Below, one piece after another: positions 49,650-58,253 of a stretch of DNA of 64,000 nucleotides. This stretch comes from a virus. Taxonomy: Duplodnaviria > Caudoviricetes. Within the stretch, counting starts at the first letter, position 1; the number at the start of each line of letters is the position of its first letter. The DNA is taken from IMG/VR virus record IMGVR_UViG_3300032319_000936, positions 32,001 to 96,000 of that record; one strand, given 5' to 3'. The notes beneath the pieces are model-generated. The model saw only the letters and a list, made by a program, of their open reading frames with translations, was not told the DNA's origin and did no database searches. The translations under genes and the position numbers were made by a program.

Positions 49650-51545
49650 TCATAATTTAGCCTGCTTTAAAATACCCTTCTCCTTATTGAAACAGTGTAA
49701 AGAGGTAATGTGCATAGTGTACCACCCCGGTTTCACGTCCTTCCATGTTTCATAATCTTTTTCTTTGAGCCTATCTAAAAGCCAATATAATTTCATACAG
49801 GCTAAATAGATATCGTCTCTGAAGTGTCTGATATAATCACAGGATCTAATATAGTAGACTATATGCATATGGTCGCCTCTTCTAATGAAGTGATAACCTA
49901 TCGTACAATTGTGAACAGTGCAGTTTGATATATTATAGCTATTATCCTCCTCAACCTGCAGATTATAAACATCAATGCCATCAGGATTACTTATTTCATC
50001 TTTTGTATTTACACTAAATAAAACTCTATTGGAATTAAACCATTTATGCCGGTAGATTTCCCTTTGATTTTCAACAATCTCAATATTAAAGAATTCAGAA
50101 GATAATCTTCCACCCTGGGAAAATACCAACTTATATGTTGGATAATTTGGTTTAATTACTCCATTTAACATTTTATTAAAGTATGGCTTCCTCAGTTTAA
50201 TTTTTTGCAATGAATTATAGATACCATTTCTAAAACACATAGTTCTTAATCCCATAATGATGGAAGGTGATACCGAGGTACATTCTATATTTTTCTGATT
50301 AGGCTCGAATGAGCCATCACCCCTAGTAAATCCAATAAGTGTTTGTAACTGAGATTTACTTGGTAATTTTAGAAATTCGATAGGTATAATTTTATTATAT
50401 GAACCGCTACCAAACATATCATATAGGGTTTTTGCAAAATCAACACTATGAAAATATATTCTGATTGATTGTTCATCGTTTATTCTGATTGGTCTTTTAA
50501 TCTTTACCTCCCTATTGAATTCATTTCTAATTATATTAGCGATATCATCGATGTAACCATTTCTTTCATCCTTAGTTGACATGTTAAATCTAACTGTGCA
50601 TGGCTTTTTATTTCCATATCTTTTGTCAAAAATTATATCCCCTTCGGCTAAATAGTAACCAAAGAGCCTCATAAGATCATCGGAATATTTGGATTCTGTA
50701 TTATCATTTATAAAAGAATGAACCACATAATCACCAGGATTTATATCCTCAGCATTTATCCATTCCTCGATCCATTCAAACCTACTATCACTGGGTAAAA
50801 ATCCTTTATTTTTAACTACCAAGAAAGGATGATCCCTAGTTGTCCTTATCTCCTGGTTTGTGTTTGAAGTTTTTATAGATATTATCTGATCGGTATATCT
50901 AGATTGGTATACTTTTTCTATATTACGGAATCTTCCATTATGTGTTATTACCTGATCCCCCACAGATGCATCTTTAATCTTTCTATAGCCAGTTGATGTT
51001 TGTATCTCTATTTCACCGGTAAAGCAGGGCACTCGCTCTCCGTGTGCTGACCCGGTATCCTCAGGAAACCAAATAGGAAGAAATGCTTGTCTTGTAAAAG
51101 GCTCTCTCACCATCAGATCTACTACATCATCGAAATCCCCGTAATCGTATCTTATTCCACCCATTATTTCGTTAGAGCTATCTGATGTAAATTTTGGCCA
51201 AATTCTCTCCGGATACGTGTGGCTAAATTTTTCACTACCGCCAAATTGTTCATTGGACTTCTGGGCAAAGGGCCACCTAACATGGGATGGAGGTGGATTT
51301 AGTGGTTCACCGCTAACTCTTTCTTCGAAGTGCTCTTTTGCCCACGGTAGATTTGGTCTCACCTCTTCTATAAGCACATCTTCAGTTTCGGGAATCACAA
51401 ATCTCAATGAATGTCCAAGCAATTCAAACATATCATCTGGCGAAGGTATACCCTGCCATCTCTCGGTCTTTACGACGTATCCGTGGTTAATAAGACACTC
51501 TTTAGTGTACTTTATTGCTGCTGAAGGGTGTTGAAAGGCTCTCAT
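49650..51545 (-). CDS. Thymidylate-synthase-family pyrimidine modifier (probable dCMP hydroxymethylase type), intein-containing
   Basis: Exteins: TRQAFLPIW...ERVP|CTIGYHFIRRG...YYIRSCDYIRHFRDDIY...MHITSLH. Confidence 0.8.
   Translation of the reverse strand: MRAFQHPSAAIKYTKECLINHGYVVKTERWQGIPSPDDMFELLGHSLRFVIPETEDVLIEEVRPNLPWAKEHFEERVSGEPLNPPPSHVRWPFAQKSNEQFGGSEKFSHTYPERIWPKFTSDSSNEIMGGIRYDYGDFDDVVDLMVREPFTRQAFLPIWFPEDTGSAHGERVPCFTGEIEIQTSTGYRKIKDASVGDQVITHNGRFRNIEKVYQSRYTDQIISIKTSNTNQEIRTTRDHPFLVVKNKGFLPSDSRFEWIEEWINAEDINPGDYVVHSFINDNTESKYSDDLMRLFGYYLAEGDIIFDKRYGNKKPCTVRFNMSTKDERNGYIDDIANIIRNEFNREVKIKRPIRINDEQSIRIYFHSVDFAKTLYDMFGSGSYNKIIPIEFLKLPSKSQLQTLIGFTRGDGSFEPNQKNIECTSVSPSIIMGLRTMCFRNGIYNSLQKIKLRKPYFNKMLNGVIKPNYPTYKLVFSQGGRLSSEFFNIEIVENQREIYRHKWFNSNRVLFSVNTKDEISNPDGIDVYNLQVEEDNSYNISNCTVHNCTIGYHFIRRGDHMHIVYYIRSCDYIRHFRDDIYLACMKLYWLLDRLKEKDYETWKDVKPGWYTMHITSLHCFNKEKGILKQAKL
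49908..51026 (-). mobile_element. Intein with LAGLIDADG homing endonuclease (373 aa)
   Basis: Starts CFTGE, contains TRDHPF (block B), LFGYYLAEGD and LIGFTRGDGS, ends VYNLQVEEDNSY...TVHN followed by Cys. Confidence 0.9.
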
Positions 51546-51582
51546 CTTGAGTATTATACTAAAAAAGAATGAAAAGTTCTTG

Positions 51583-51972
51583 TTAAATTAGATTTTGTAT
51601 CAATAGTTTAGCAGTGCTTGGATTTGTTGCTAGTGGTATCTCGTGCACATCACAGAGCCTCATTAACATCTGGACATCTGGCTCATGAGGATGCATGCCC
51701 AAGGGATCTCTAAAGAATATCACAAGGTCCAATTCTCCCAAGGAAACCATCTGTGCTATCTGGGCATCACCGCCAAGTGGACCGGATAGTAGTTTCTTTA
51801 CTCTTACACCCGCTTCTTCCACGTGTTTACCGGTAGTTCCAGTTGCATATAGCAGAAGATCCTCTCTCCCAAAGAAGTTCAAATGGTGCATAATAAATGA
51901 AACCATCTGAGCTTTCTTACCGTCGTGGGCTATGATTGCTATTTTCTTAAAACTATTTGCTGTCCTCTTCAT
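51583..51972 (-). CDS. mgsA: Methylglyoxal synthase
   Basis: IAHDGKK, ATGTTG, SGPLGGDAQI, FFRDP..HPHEPDV..L.RLCDV..IPLATN. Confidence 0.95.
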   Translation of the reverse strand: MKRTANSFKKIAIIAHDGKKAQMVSFIMHHLNFFGREDLLLYATGTTGKHVEEAGVRVKKLLSGPLGGDAQIAQMVSLGELDLVIFFRDPLGMHPHEPDVQMLMRLCDVHEIPLATNPSTAKLLIQNLI

Positions 51973-52384
51973 CTGTTTCTAAAAATTTTGTTAGGTCCTG
52001 TAAGAACTTAAATTCATTCCTTCTGACCTCCGCCTCTACAGATTTCATTTCTTTCTCTATCCTCTCTCTGCCTAGCATCATAAGCTGGTCGCCTATCTTA
52101 GAAGCTATTTTAGTGGACAGAAATAATTTATGATTAGCAATCCTAATCTCGTATTCATTAAATATAATAGTATACTTATGATCCGGGGTTTGCATATAGA
52201 TCGAATGAGAGAGCGGGGAATAGAATATTCTGATATCTTTTCTCTTGACCATTATCTTAACGGCCTTAATCATGATTCTGTCTTCATCGGTTGTTTCCAA
52301 CTGATAGCCTATCACCGATCTCTTGATGTTTCTCCAAAATTTTAGCCATTTGAAAAATAATCTTTTCCTACCGATTGAGTTCAT
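51953..52384 (-). CDS. Hypothetical protein
   Basis: 143 aa with a CG-N11-TAnnTTTG promoter upstream. Confidence 0.6.
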   Translation of the reverse strand: MNSIGRKRLFFKWLKFWRNIKRSVIGYQLETTDEDRIMIKAVKIMVKRKDIRIFYSPLSHSIYMQTPDHKYTIIFNEYEIRIANHKLFLSTKIASKIGDQLMMLGRERIEKEMKSVEAEVRRNEFKFLQDLTKFLETDEEDSK

Positions 52385-52467
52385 AATTAGTCATTTTATG
52401 CAAAAATAGGAAAAGATTCCGTAGTAAAGAAGAACTTTAGAGATAAATAAAGAAAAAAATTAATATT

Positions 52468-53304
52468 ATGTTACTTAAACTAGGTTCTAAAGGTCCTGAG
52501 GTTGTTAAACTTCAGACCGCATTAGGAATTACCGCGGATGGTAATTTCGGTACAGGCACTGAGAAAGTCCTTAAAGAATGGCAAGCTAAAATGGGATTGA
52601 CTGCTGATGGTATAGCTGGCGCTGCTACATTCCAAAAATTAGGGATAGCTCCTGTTGAAAATGTTGTATCTGAATCTGCTCCTGTGGTGGAAGTTCCTGC
52701 AAGTGATTTCAAATTGGCAGCTTTAAAAGGTCATGTTCCTGACGCTGTAATTGCTCAAATCCCAGACACGGCTAAGAAATTTGGAATTACAAACACACTT
52801 AGATTAGCCCACTTCCTTGCACAATGTGGACATGAATCCGGTGGTTTTAAAGCAGTTACTGAAAATCTTAACTATTCAGCAGACGGACTTAAGAAAATCT
52901 TCGGCAAATATTTCCCAGGAAATCTAAACGAATCCTATGCTAGACAACCCGAAAAAATTGCTTCACGCGTTTACGGAGGAAGAATGGGCAATGGTGATGA
53001 GTCAACAGGAGAGGGGTATAAATTCCGCGGAAGATCTTACGTTCAGGTAACTGGAAAAAGCAATTATGCAGCTTTCGATAAATTCGTTGATGACGATATT
53101 CTAGGAAACCCTGACTTGGTTGCAACGAAATACCCACTCATGGCAGCCGCATGGTTTTTCTGGAAAAACGATCTATGGTCAATATGCGATCAGGGAGCTA
53201 CGGATGACATAGTAAAAAAAGTAACGCTAAGGGTGAACGGTGGACAAATTGGAATTTTAGACCGTATTAAGCACTTTAAGGAATATTGGGCTTTGTTAAA
53301 ATAG
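52468..53304 (+). CDS. Endolysin: peptidoglycan-binding domain + GH19 catalytic domain
   Basis: LKLGSKGPEV..LQ..LG..ADG.FG..T; AHFLAQCGHESGGF..ENLNYS; GYKFRGR..QVTGK.NY; VNGG. Confidence 0.9.
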   Translation: MLLKLGSKGPEVVKLQTALGITADGNFGTGTEKVLKEWQAKMGLTADGIAGAATFQKLGIAPVENVVSESAPVVEVPASDFKLAALKGHVPDAVIAQIPDTAKKFGITNTLRLAHFLAQCGHESGGFKAVTENLNYSADGLKKIFGKYFPGNLNESYARQPEKIASRVYGGRMGNGDESTGEGYKFRGRSYVQVTGKSNYAAFDKFVDDDILGNPDLVATKYPLMAAAWFFWKNDLWSICDQGATDDIVKKVTLRVNGGQIGILDRIKHFKEYWALLK

Positions 53305-53307
53305 TAT

Positions 53308-54141
53308 TTAATCAATATCTTTAGAAACCCCACGATTATTCGGGGGGTTTTTTATTTTAACTATTCTATTATCTATTTTTTGATTTCTTTTCAAATAATA
53401 AGAAAACATCCACGATGAGCAAGAAAAATCCTCAGATGCTTTTGTTATTGATTCCCATTCATTCAGAACCTTCCCATTCTCATTCAATTCTATAATTTTT
53501 TTGGAATCCCCGTTTTCCCAATTTTTTTTAGAACCGACATTCTCGCCAAGGTATTCATATGACCAGATGAAGTTTAATCCAGCTTTTCTTTTTCCGGATA
53601 ATGCCCAACTTATTGTTTTTGGATTACATTGGTAATAGTTTATTGCCTTTCTTATTGAATCCCAAACTTGAATAAAATTTCCATTTAAAGCATCATATTG
53701 AAAAATCTTTTTTTTATTGAACCCATCATGAGTTTTACCCTTCCATGGATTATTAGTTAACATTCTTTCTCTCGCTCTTTGTGAAATTATCTCCATTGCC
53801 CCATTTTTTCTTTTCGTTTCTAAAATTTTTAATATCGTATCCTTTGACATTTTAAACGTCTTCTCTCCTCCTGTCGTTTTATTGACTAGGGGTCCGGTTC
53901 CAAGATCCTTCCTTCCGTATTTTAAAATCAGCTCGATTTCTTTGTTGCAAACCTCTTCCCTTGATTCGGATTCGAAAACTATTTTGGAATCAAATCCATA
54001 TTTTTTGGCAGTGGCGTGCCAATGTGGGTTTCTTTTCGCGAGGGAGTATGCTCTTTGATATTTGCCATTCTCTATTTTTCCTATCCCCACGTAAAAGATC
54101 TGATCAGTGTCTTTTTTGTAGTGTTCATAAGCGTAATACAT
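53308..54141 (-). CDS. GIY-YIG-type homing endonuclease with NUMOD1-like repeats
   Basis: Likely start MYYAYEHY...IFYVGIG...R...E..LI..YG...LVN.T.GG; two IxQ/EWxSI..A repeats. Confidence 0.75.
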   Translation of the reverse strand: MYYAYEHYKKDTDQIFYVGIGKIENGKYQRAYSLAKRNPHWHATAKKYGFDSKIVFESESREEVCNKEIELILKYGRKDLGTGPLVNKTTGGEKTFKMSKDTILKILETKRKNGAMEIISQRARERMLTNNPWKGKTHDGFNKKKIFQYDALNGNFIQVWDSIRKAINYYQCNPKTISWALSGKRKAGLNFIWSYEYLGENVGSKKNWENGDSKKIIELNENGKVLNEWESITKASEDFSCSSWMFSYYLKRNQKIDNRIVKIKNPPNNRGVSKDID

Positions 54142-54231
54142 ACTGTATATATCCTCTCCCGCTAAACAGAAAAATACTATTTTTACACACATCTCAGATA
54201 ATTTTTCATTAATTGATCGGATATATAAATC

Positions 54232-55053
54232 ATGAAAAACAGAAAAATTAAACTTTTTGAAGATTTCTCCATAGAACTTTTAGTGAATAAAGTTTATGAA
54301 GAAACGATGCAGGATTTTTTATATGAGTCCAATTTAGTATCCACCGATGCAGAGGAGGATATGCAAAGCGAACTAACCTCGGGTGAAAAAGCAGCTTTTG
54401 CTAGGGATTTCCAAATTCTTACGCCTGAGCAATTGGCTGCGATATATCTGAGAGCTCTAGGTAAGGCAGAAGGAGAAACCGCTAAATACATCGTTATGAT
54501 ACCAAATATAGATCAGTTTGGTATGAACGATAGGGAATCAGGAGCTTTCAAAATCACTCTACCGGCTTTCTCTGATGCTATAGGATTAGATTCTTATACG
54601 ACAGCTATAAGAACAACTAAAAAGTTCGTAAATCTTCTAAACGGTATAACAGAGGATTCAAGCGAAGCCATTTACCCTAAGCTAATAAAAGCTTTTAATA
54701 GATTCCAAGGTAAAAGTCCATCTGAACTAGCTGGTATAGCAGCAAACGCAATACAGGATCCTTCCTTCACTCAGAACAGAGATAAGGCTATGGATGTATT
54801 GGACAGAGCAGCGGATCAAAGGAAATCTAAAAAAGAATCGGAACTTAAAACTGGTATGAAGGTGTTCACTTTAATAAATTCTTTAAGATCTGCATCACCT
54901 ATATTTTCAGATATTAAAAAAGCACAAAAAACTGCAATTTCTAAAATAGCATCTGAGATCAATCAGGATCAAGAAATGATCAAAAACGCATATATGGAAT
55001 ATCTAAAAAGTAAGGGACTTCTTACTGATGTGATGTACTCCAAGGTGGAATAA
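54232..55053 (+). CDS. Late hypothetical protein with FxxF N-terminal motif
   Basis: MKNRKIKLFEDFSIE; GATATATA at 54220-54227; terminator at 55074-55101. Confidence 0.7.
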   Translation: MKNRKIKLFEDFSIELLVNKVYEETMQDFLYESNLVSTDAEEDMQSELTSGEKAAFARDFQILTPEQLAAIYLRALGKAEGETAKYIVMIPNIDQFGMNDRESGAFKITLPAFSDAIGLDSYTTAIRTTKKFVNLLNGITEDSSEAIYPKLIKAFNRFQGKSPSELAGIAANAIQDPSFTQNRDKAMDVLDRAADQRKSKKESELKTGMKVFTLINSLRSASPIFSDIKKAQKTAISKIASEINQDQEMIKNAYMEYLKSKGLLTDVMYSKVE

Positions 55054-55179
55054 AAAATCAAACCAACTCAGATAAAAAGGATCCTTATGGGATCCTTTTT
55101 TATTGCCATTTAGATCGATATATAAAAAAACTAGGCGGGGGTATAACTCAGCCCTTGATTAAAAAAATTAACCATAAAA

Positions 55180-55575
55180 ATGCGCAATGTAATTACTCTA
55201 GCGTTACTGTTCTTAAGTATAAACGCATCTTCACAGATCATAATAGCAGATGAAGATGAGATTCTAAGATCCAGAGTAGACTCTGCACTCAGCATAATAG
55301 AGACATCTGACCCATCAAGATATTCTTTCCTATTGGAAAACTGCGACAAGATAGATTTCTCAGACTATGCCACACCAATATCCTTATCTAATGGTGTTGT
55401 GATAATACCAGTAAAAATGATCAATGAATCTAGTGTGAATGAAATAGCAGGTATTATTGTAAACCAATCCATGCATTTGTTTTTCATAAACTATGTGATA
55501 GAAATGGATAAGCATCTAGAAGACATAGCATGCTCGGCATACGAGATTGACTTTCTTCTGAAGATAAGGGATTAA
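55180..55575 (+). CDS. Secreted hypothetical protein
   Basis: Signal peptide MRNVITLALLFLSINASS-Q. Confidence 0.6.
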   Translation: MRNVITLALLFLSINASSQIIIADEDEILRSRVDSALSIIETSDPSRYSFLLENCDKIDFSDYATPISLSNGVVIIPVKMINESSVNEIAGIIVNQSMHLFFINYVIEMDKHLEDIACSAYEIDFLLKIRD

Positions 55576-55629
55576 CATAAGACCACAAAAAAAGCCCCAA
55601 GGGGCTTTTATGTAATTTCATCTTTAAAA

Positions 55630-56037
55630 TTAGCTTAATAGCAAATTATCCTTACCACCTTTTTTCTTTCCTTTCTTAGGAGCTGCTTTCATTTTAGGAG
55701 CTGGCTTTTCACCATTTGATTTCTTGTCTTTTCTCTTATAGTAGCTCTTTTTCTTCTTAGGCTTTTCTTCTTTTACTTCAACAGCTTGTGTTACCGTAGT
55801 TCCTGCCAATGTGTAATCGATTGTGGATTCTACGGTAGCTGTAGATTCCCATTTAATCTCATCGTATTTGAAAGTCTCTGGCTCCGATACCGTGTAATCT
55901 ATCCCATTATCTAATACTGTTGGCTCATCTTCCGTACCATGATCGATCTTTTTTTGATCACTGGATACAGCTGAATAAATTTGATAACCCACTATGGCTG
56001 CTATGGCCAAAGCTAAAATTGCAAATAAATAAATCAT
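55630..56037 (-). CDS. Membrane-anchored protein with Lys-rich tail
   Basis: N-terminal TM helix; KKPKKKKSYYKRK...KKGKKK. Confidence 0.6.
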   Translation of the reverse strand: MIYLFAILALAIAAIVGYQIYSAVSSDQKKIDHGTEDEPTVLDNGIDYTVSEPETFKYDEIKWESTATVESTIDYTLAGTTVTQAVEVKEEKPKKKKSYYKRKDKKSNGEKPAPKMKAAPKKGKKKGGKDNLLLS

Positions 56038-56093
56038 TCTGTTTTTGTTTTAAGTTTAATATTCTATATACCTTCCTAAAAAAAGTTTCAAAT

Positions 56094-56118
56094 AAAAAGG
56101 GAGCAAATTGCTCCCTTT
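56094..56118 (-). terminator. tmRNA terminator
   Basis: AAAGGGAGCAATTTGCTCCCTTTTT on the minus strand. Confidence 0.8.
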
Positions 56119-56120
56119 AG

Positions 56121-56484
56121 TGGAGATGCCGGGGGTCGAACCCGGGTCCGTCTCAACAAGCGCAGAGGACTCATTCACAGGCTTAGTATCGGTTTAACAG
56201 AACTCCGTACAAACTGTTTCACTGTATTTTTTGAGCTGACTTCAGCGTTAGTCAGTGAATTGTCCGGAGGTCCGGAGTCTTCGTGGCTTGCGGTCTACCG
56301 CGTCTTGGTACTTTCTGTTCCTAGGTCGTACCGACCCGTAGCTTAGGCTGCAAGAGCAAATTCAGCTGACCCTACGTAAGAGTTGTCATTTGTCGTTTTG
56401 ATAGGTATTTAAAGTGTTTCCATCTAACACTGCCTGCATCATCTCAAAGAACTTCCGTTGCACGTCAATGCCATTAACATCCCC
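56121..56484 (-). ncRNA. ssrA: tmRNA (tag probably (A)DNSYVGSAEFALAA)
   Basis: 5' GGGGATG pairs with 3' CATCTCC-A (Ala G.U wobble); T-arm CCGGG-TTCGACC-CCCGG; tag ORF 56387-56343 ends ALAA*; CCA not encoded. Confidence 0.92.
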
Positions 56485-56498
56485 GTTCATTATATATG

Positions 56499-56527
56499 AA
56501 AAAACCCAGACTTTTACATCTGGGTCT
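56499..56527 (-). terminator. Terminator after the two small RNAs
   Basis: ACCCAGA-TGTAAAAG-TCTGGGT-TTTTT. Confidence 0.75.
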
Positions 56528-56534
56528 TGTGGAA

Positions 56535-56593
56535 CGGGATTGTGGTTTTTACATTTGGAAAGTGTATAGTTTTTAATTTGCTGAAACAATCCC
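56535..56593 (-). ncRNA. Putative Ro/TROVE-associated small RNA, copy 2
   Basis: GGGATTG-TTTCAGCAAA...AAAAACCA-CAATCCC-G; terminal 7-bp stem. Confidence 0.6.
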
Positions 56594-56621
56594 TTATTTC
56601 TATGCTTATCTTAAAATAAAA

Positions 56622-56710
56622 CGGAATCGGTGTTTTTGCTTTTGATCTTGCGATCTCTGGCGTGATTAATCAATCGTTGTAATTTATTATTTTTTTGCTG
56701 AAACGATTCC
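56622..56710 (-). ncRNA. Putative Ro/TROVE-associated small RNA, copy 1
   Basis: GGAATCG-TTTCAGCAAA...AAAAACAC-CGATTCC-G; internal GATC-GCAA-GATC hairpin. Confidence 0.6.
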
Positions 56711-56732
56711 TTATTTATTTAGATATTATATC

Positions 56733-58193
56733 CTAGTTGTTATCAAAAGTTTCGGTATTAGGCAAAGAAATTTTTGAATATCTTGGTTTATTTAATGTCT
56801 CATCCATAACCAAAACCGGTGTGATACCTGTTCCATTCAATAGTGAAGTTAAAATAGCTGGTGAGAATCCTGAGATTAAAGCAGTCCCAGTCTCATCGAA
56901 TCTAACCGGTACGTTTCTGTCTCTTGATTGCAGATTCCAGAAAACTATCTCTGGCATAGAGTAACCAGATTTTTCATACTTTTCACGAATCATACTATGA
57001 GCTGTTAAAGAATGATTTGAGATAGCCTCATTAAACTGCATATCCGAAAGTATCATAACCTGATGAGGCATTTCGCTAGCATCAAGATTTGCTGATTTAG
57101 CCTTATCTAGGATAAGATTGAAAACTGACTCTAAATCTGTTGACATACCCCACTCAGCTGACTCCAACTGATTGAATCTCTCTTTCAGATTTCCCTTTAG
57201 ATATTGAAGATGCGGTCTCTCGGAGAATGTGATAAAAGCGTCCTGGAAAGCCCCAACATTTTTCTCGGAGATGTAAAGCCCTAAAGAGATAGCAACATCC
57301 ATACAGGTCAATGTGCTGCCATCAGATACCGAGCATCCCATAGAACCCGACACGTCAACAACCGGAAGAATCATCTTAGTGTTACCTTCTAGGTAATTAG
57401 GAAGAGCTTTCCATTGCTCTACTGCCAATTCTTCTATTCCTCTTCTTAGGGTCTTCACAACATCATAGGGATAAACAGCAGATGCGTTCACTTTGACATT
57501 TTCTTCATAAAGAGCTGGATTTGCCAGAGCTGCAAGATATTCTCTGTATCTGGCCATGTCATTCTTCATGAATGCTCTTGGGTATCTAGCAGCAGCAACA
57601 GAGGGAACCTGTGAGTAGTTTATCTTTGTCCACTCCTTAGCACACATGTGTGTTTCAATCACATTGCTAGTTTCAACTAGAAGTTTTCTATAGTCCTTTG
57701 GTGTCATTCCCCAGTTCTTACGAAGATGGTTGGCAATAGCTCCTTTTCTAGGCATCCATTTAGCAGCAAGTGCATTTCTATCTTCTTTGATAGATTTAAG
57801 AATAAGGCCGGATACCTCCTGAGATAACTTATCATTCTGTAGTCCCAATAGAACCAAGTAATCGTCCCATCTGCCATACTCTGCGATGACATCGAGATTA
57901 GCCATTAAATAGAGTAAGTGATATTTGGCAAGATGTGAAATACAAACACGGAATACTCTTCTCTCTCCTGCTCCACCTCTGACGTCTCTAGCCCAGAAGA
58001 GAATCTTTAGAGCTCTTAGTGGATCTTGTGCAAATGCTGCGGAGAAAGAAGCTATGATATCAGCCTCCTCCGCTTTTCTATATGCACCCGCTTGGAAGAA
58101 GAAATCCACGCATGAATTAAGAGAAGTTGAATTTGTGACCATACCATTTTCGGTTAGTCTGTCTTCAGTTCTTAGTGCAGAAATAAGGCTCAT
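56733..58193 (-). CDS. DUF2828 / TROVE-like protein with vWA domain (Ro60-related)
   Basis: TENG, ALKILFWARDVRGGAGERRVF, YGRWDD, AAKWMPR, INYSQVPSVA, MIDAS DVSGSM, ILSDMQF, IVFWNL, LISGFSP. Confidence 0.85.
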   Translation of the reverse strand: MSLISALRTEDRLTENGMVTNSTSLNSCVDFFFQAGAYRKAEEADIIASFSAAFAQDPLRALKILFWARDVRGGAGERRVFRVCISHLAKYHLLYLMANLDVIAEYGRWDDYLVLLGLQNDKLSQEVSGLILKSIKEDRNALAAKWMPRKGAIANHLRKNWGMTPKDYRKLLVETSNVIETHMCAKEWTKINYSQVPSVAAARYPRAFMKNDMARYREYLAALANPALYEENVKVNASAVYPYDVVKTLRRGIEELAVEQWKALPNYLEGNTKMILPVVDVSGSMGCSVSDGSTLTCMDVAISLGLYISEKNVGAFQDAFITFSERPHLQYLKGNLKERFNQLESAEWGMSTDLESVFNLILDKAKSANLDASEMPHQVMILSDMQFNEAISNHSLTAHSMIREKYEKSGYSMPEIVFWNLQSRDRNVPVRFDETGTALISGFSPAILTSLLNGTGITPVLVMDETLNKPRYSKISLPNTETFDNN

Positions 58194-58253
58194 ATAAATT
58201 TGGAATTTTAGTTACCAAGATTATATGAGCCTCGAATTAAAAAAGTTTCCCTA

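Larger units (their letters stand above)
7683..52423 (-). promoter_or_regulatory. Dispersed promoter class nnCG-N11-TAnnTTTG (13 copies)
   Basis: At 7683-7705, 10546-10568, 11110-11132, 12514-12536, 15882-15904, 20021-20043, 22192-22214, 24665-24687, 26103-26125, 33252-33274, 36785-36807, 43549-43571, 52401-52423, each just upstream of a minus-strand start. Confidence 0.8.

Noticed and set aside
53308-54192. Homing endonuclease as part of a group I intron
   Set aside because: It is free-standing, convergent with an intact endolysin, and does not interrupt any gene.
56121-56150. tRNA-like T-arm and acceptor end
   Set aside because: It belongs to the tmRNA; no separate tRNA cloverleaf was found in the window by eye.
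56386-56589. 67-aa ORF in the ORF track
   Set aside because: It overlaps the tmRNA 5' end, a terminator and small RNA copy 2, so the RNA interpretation explains the sequence better.
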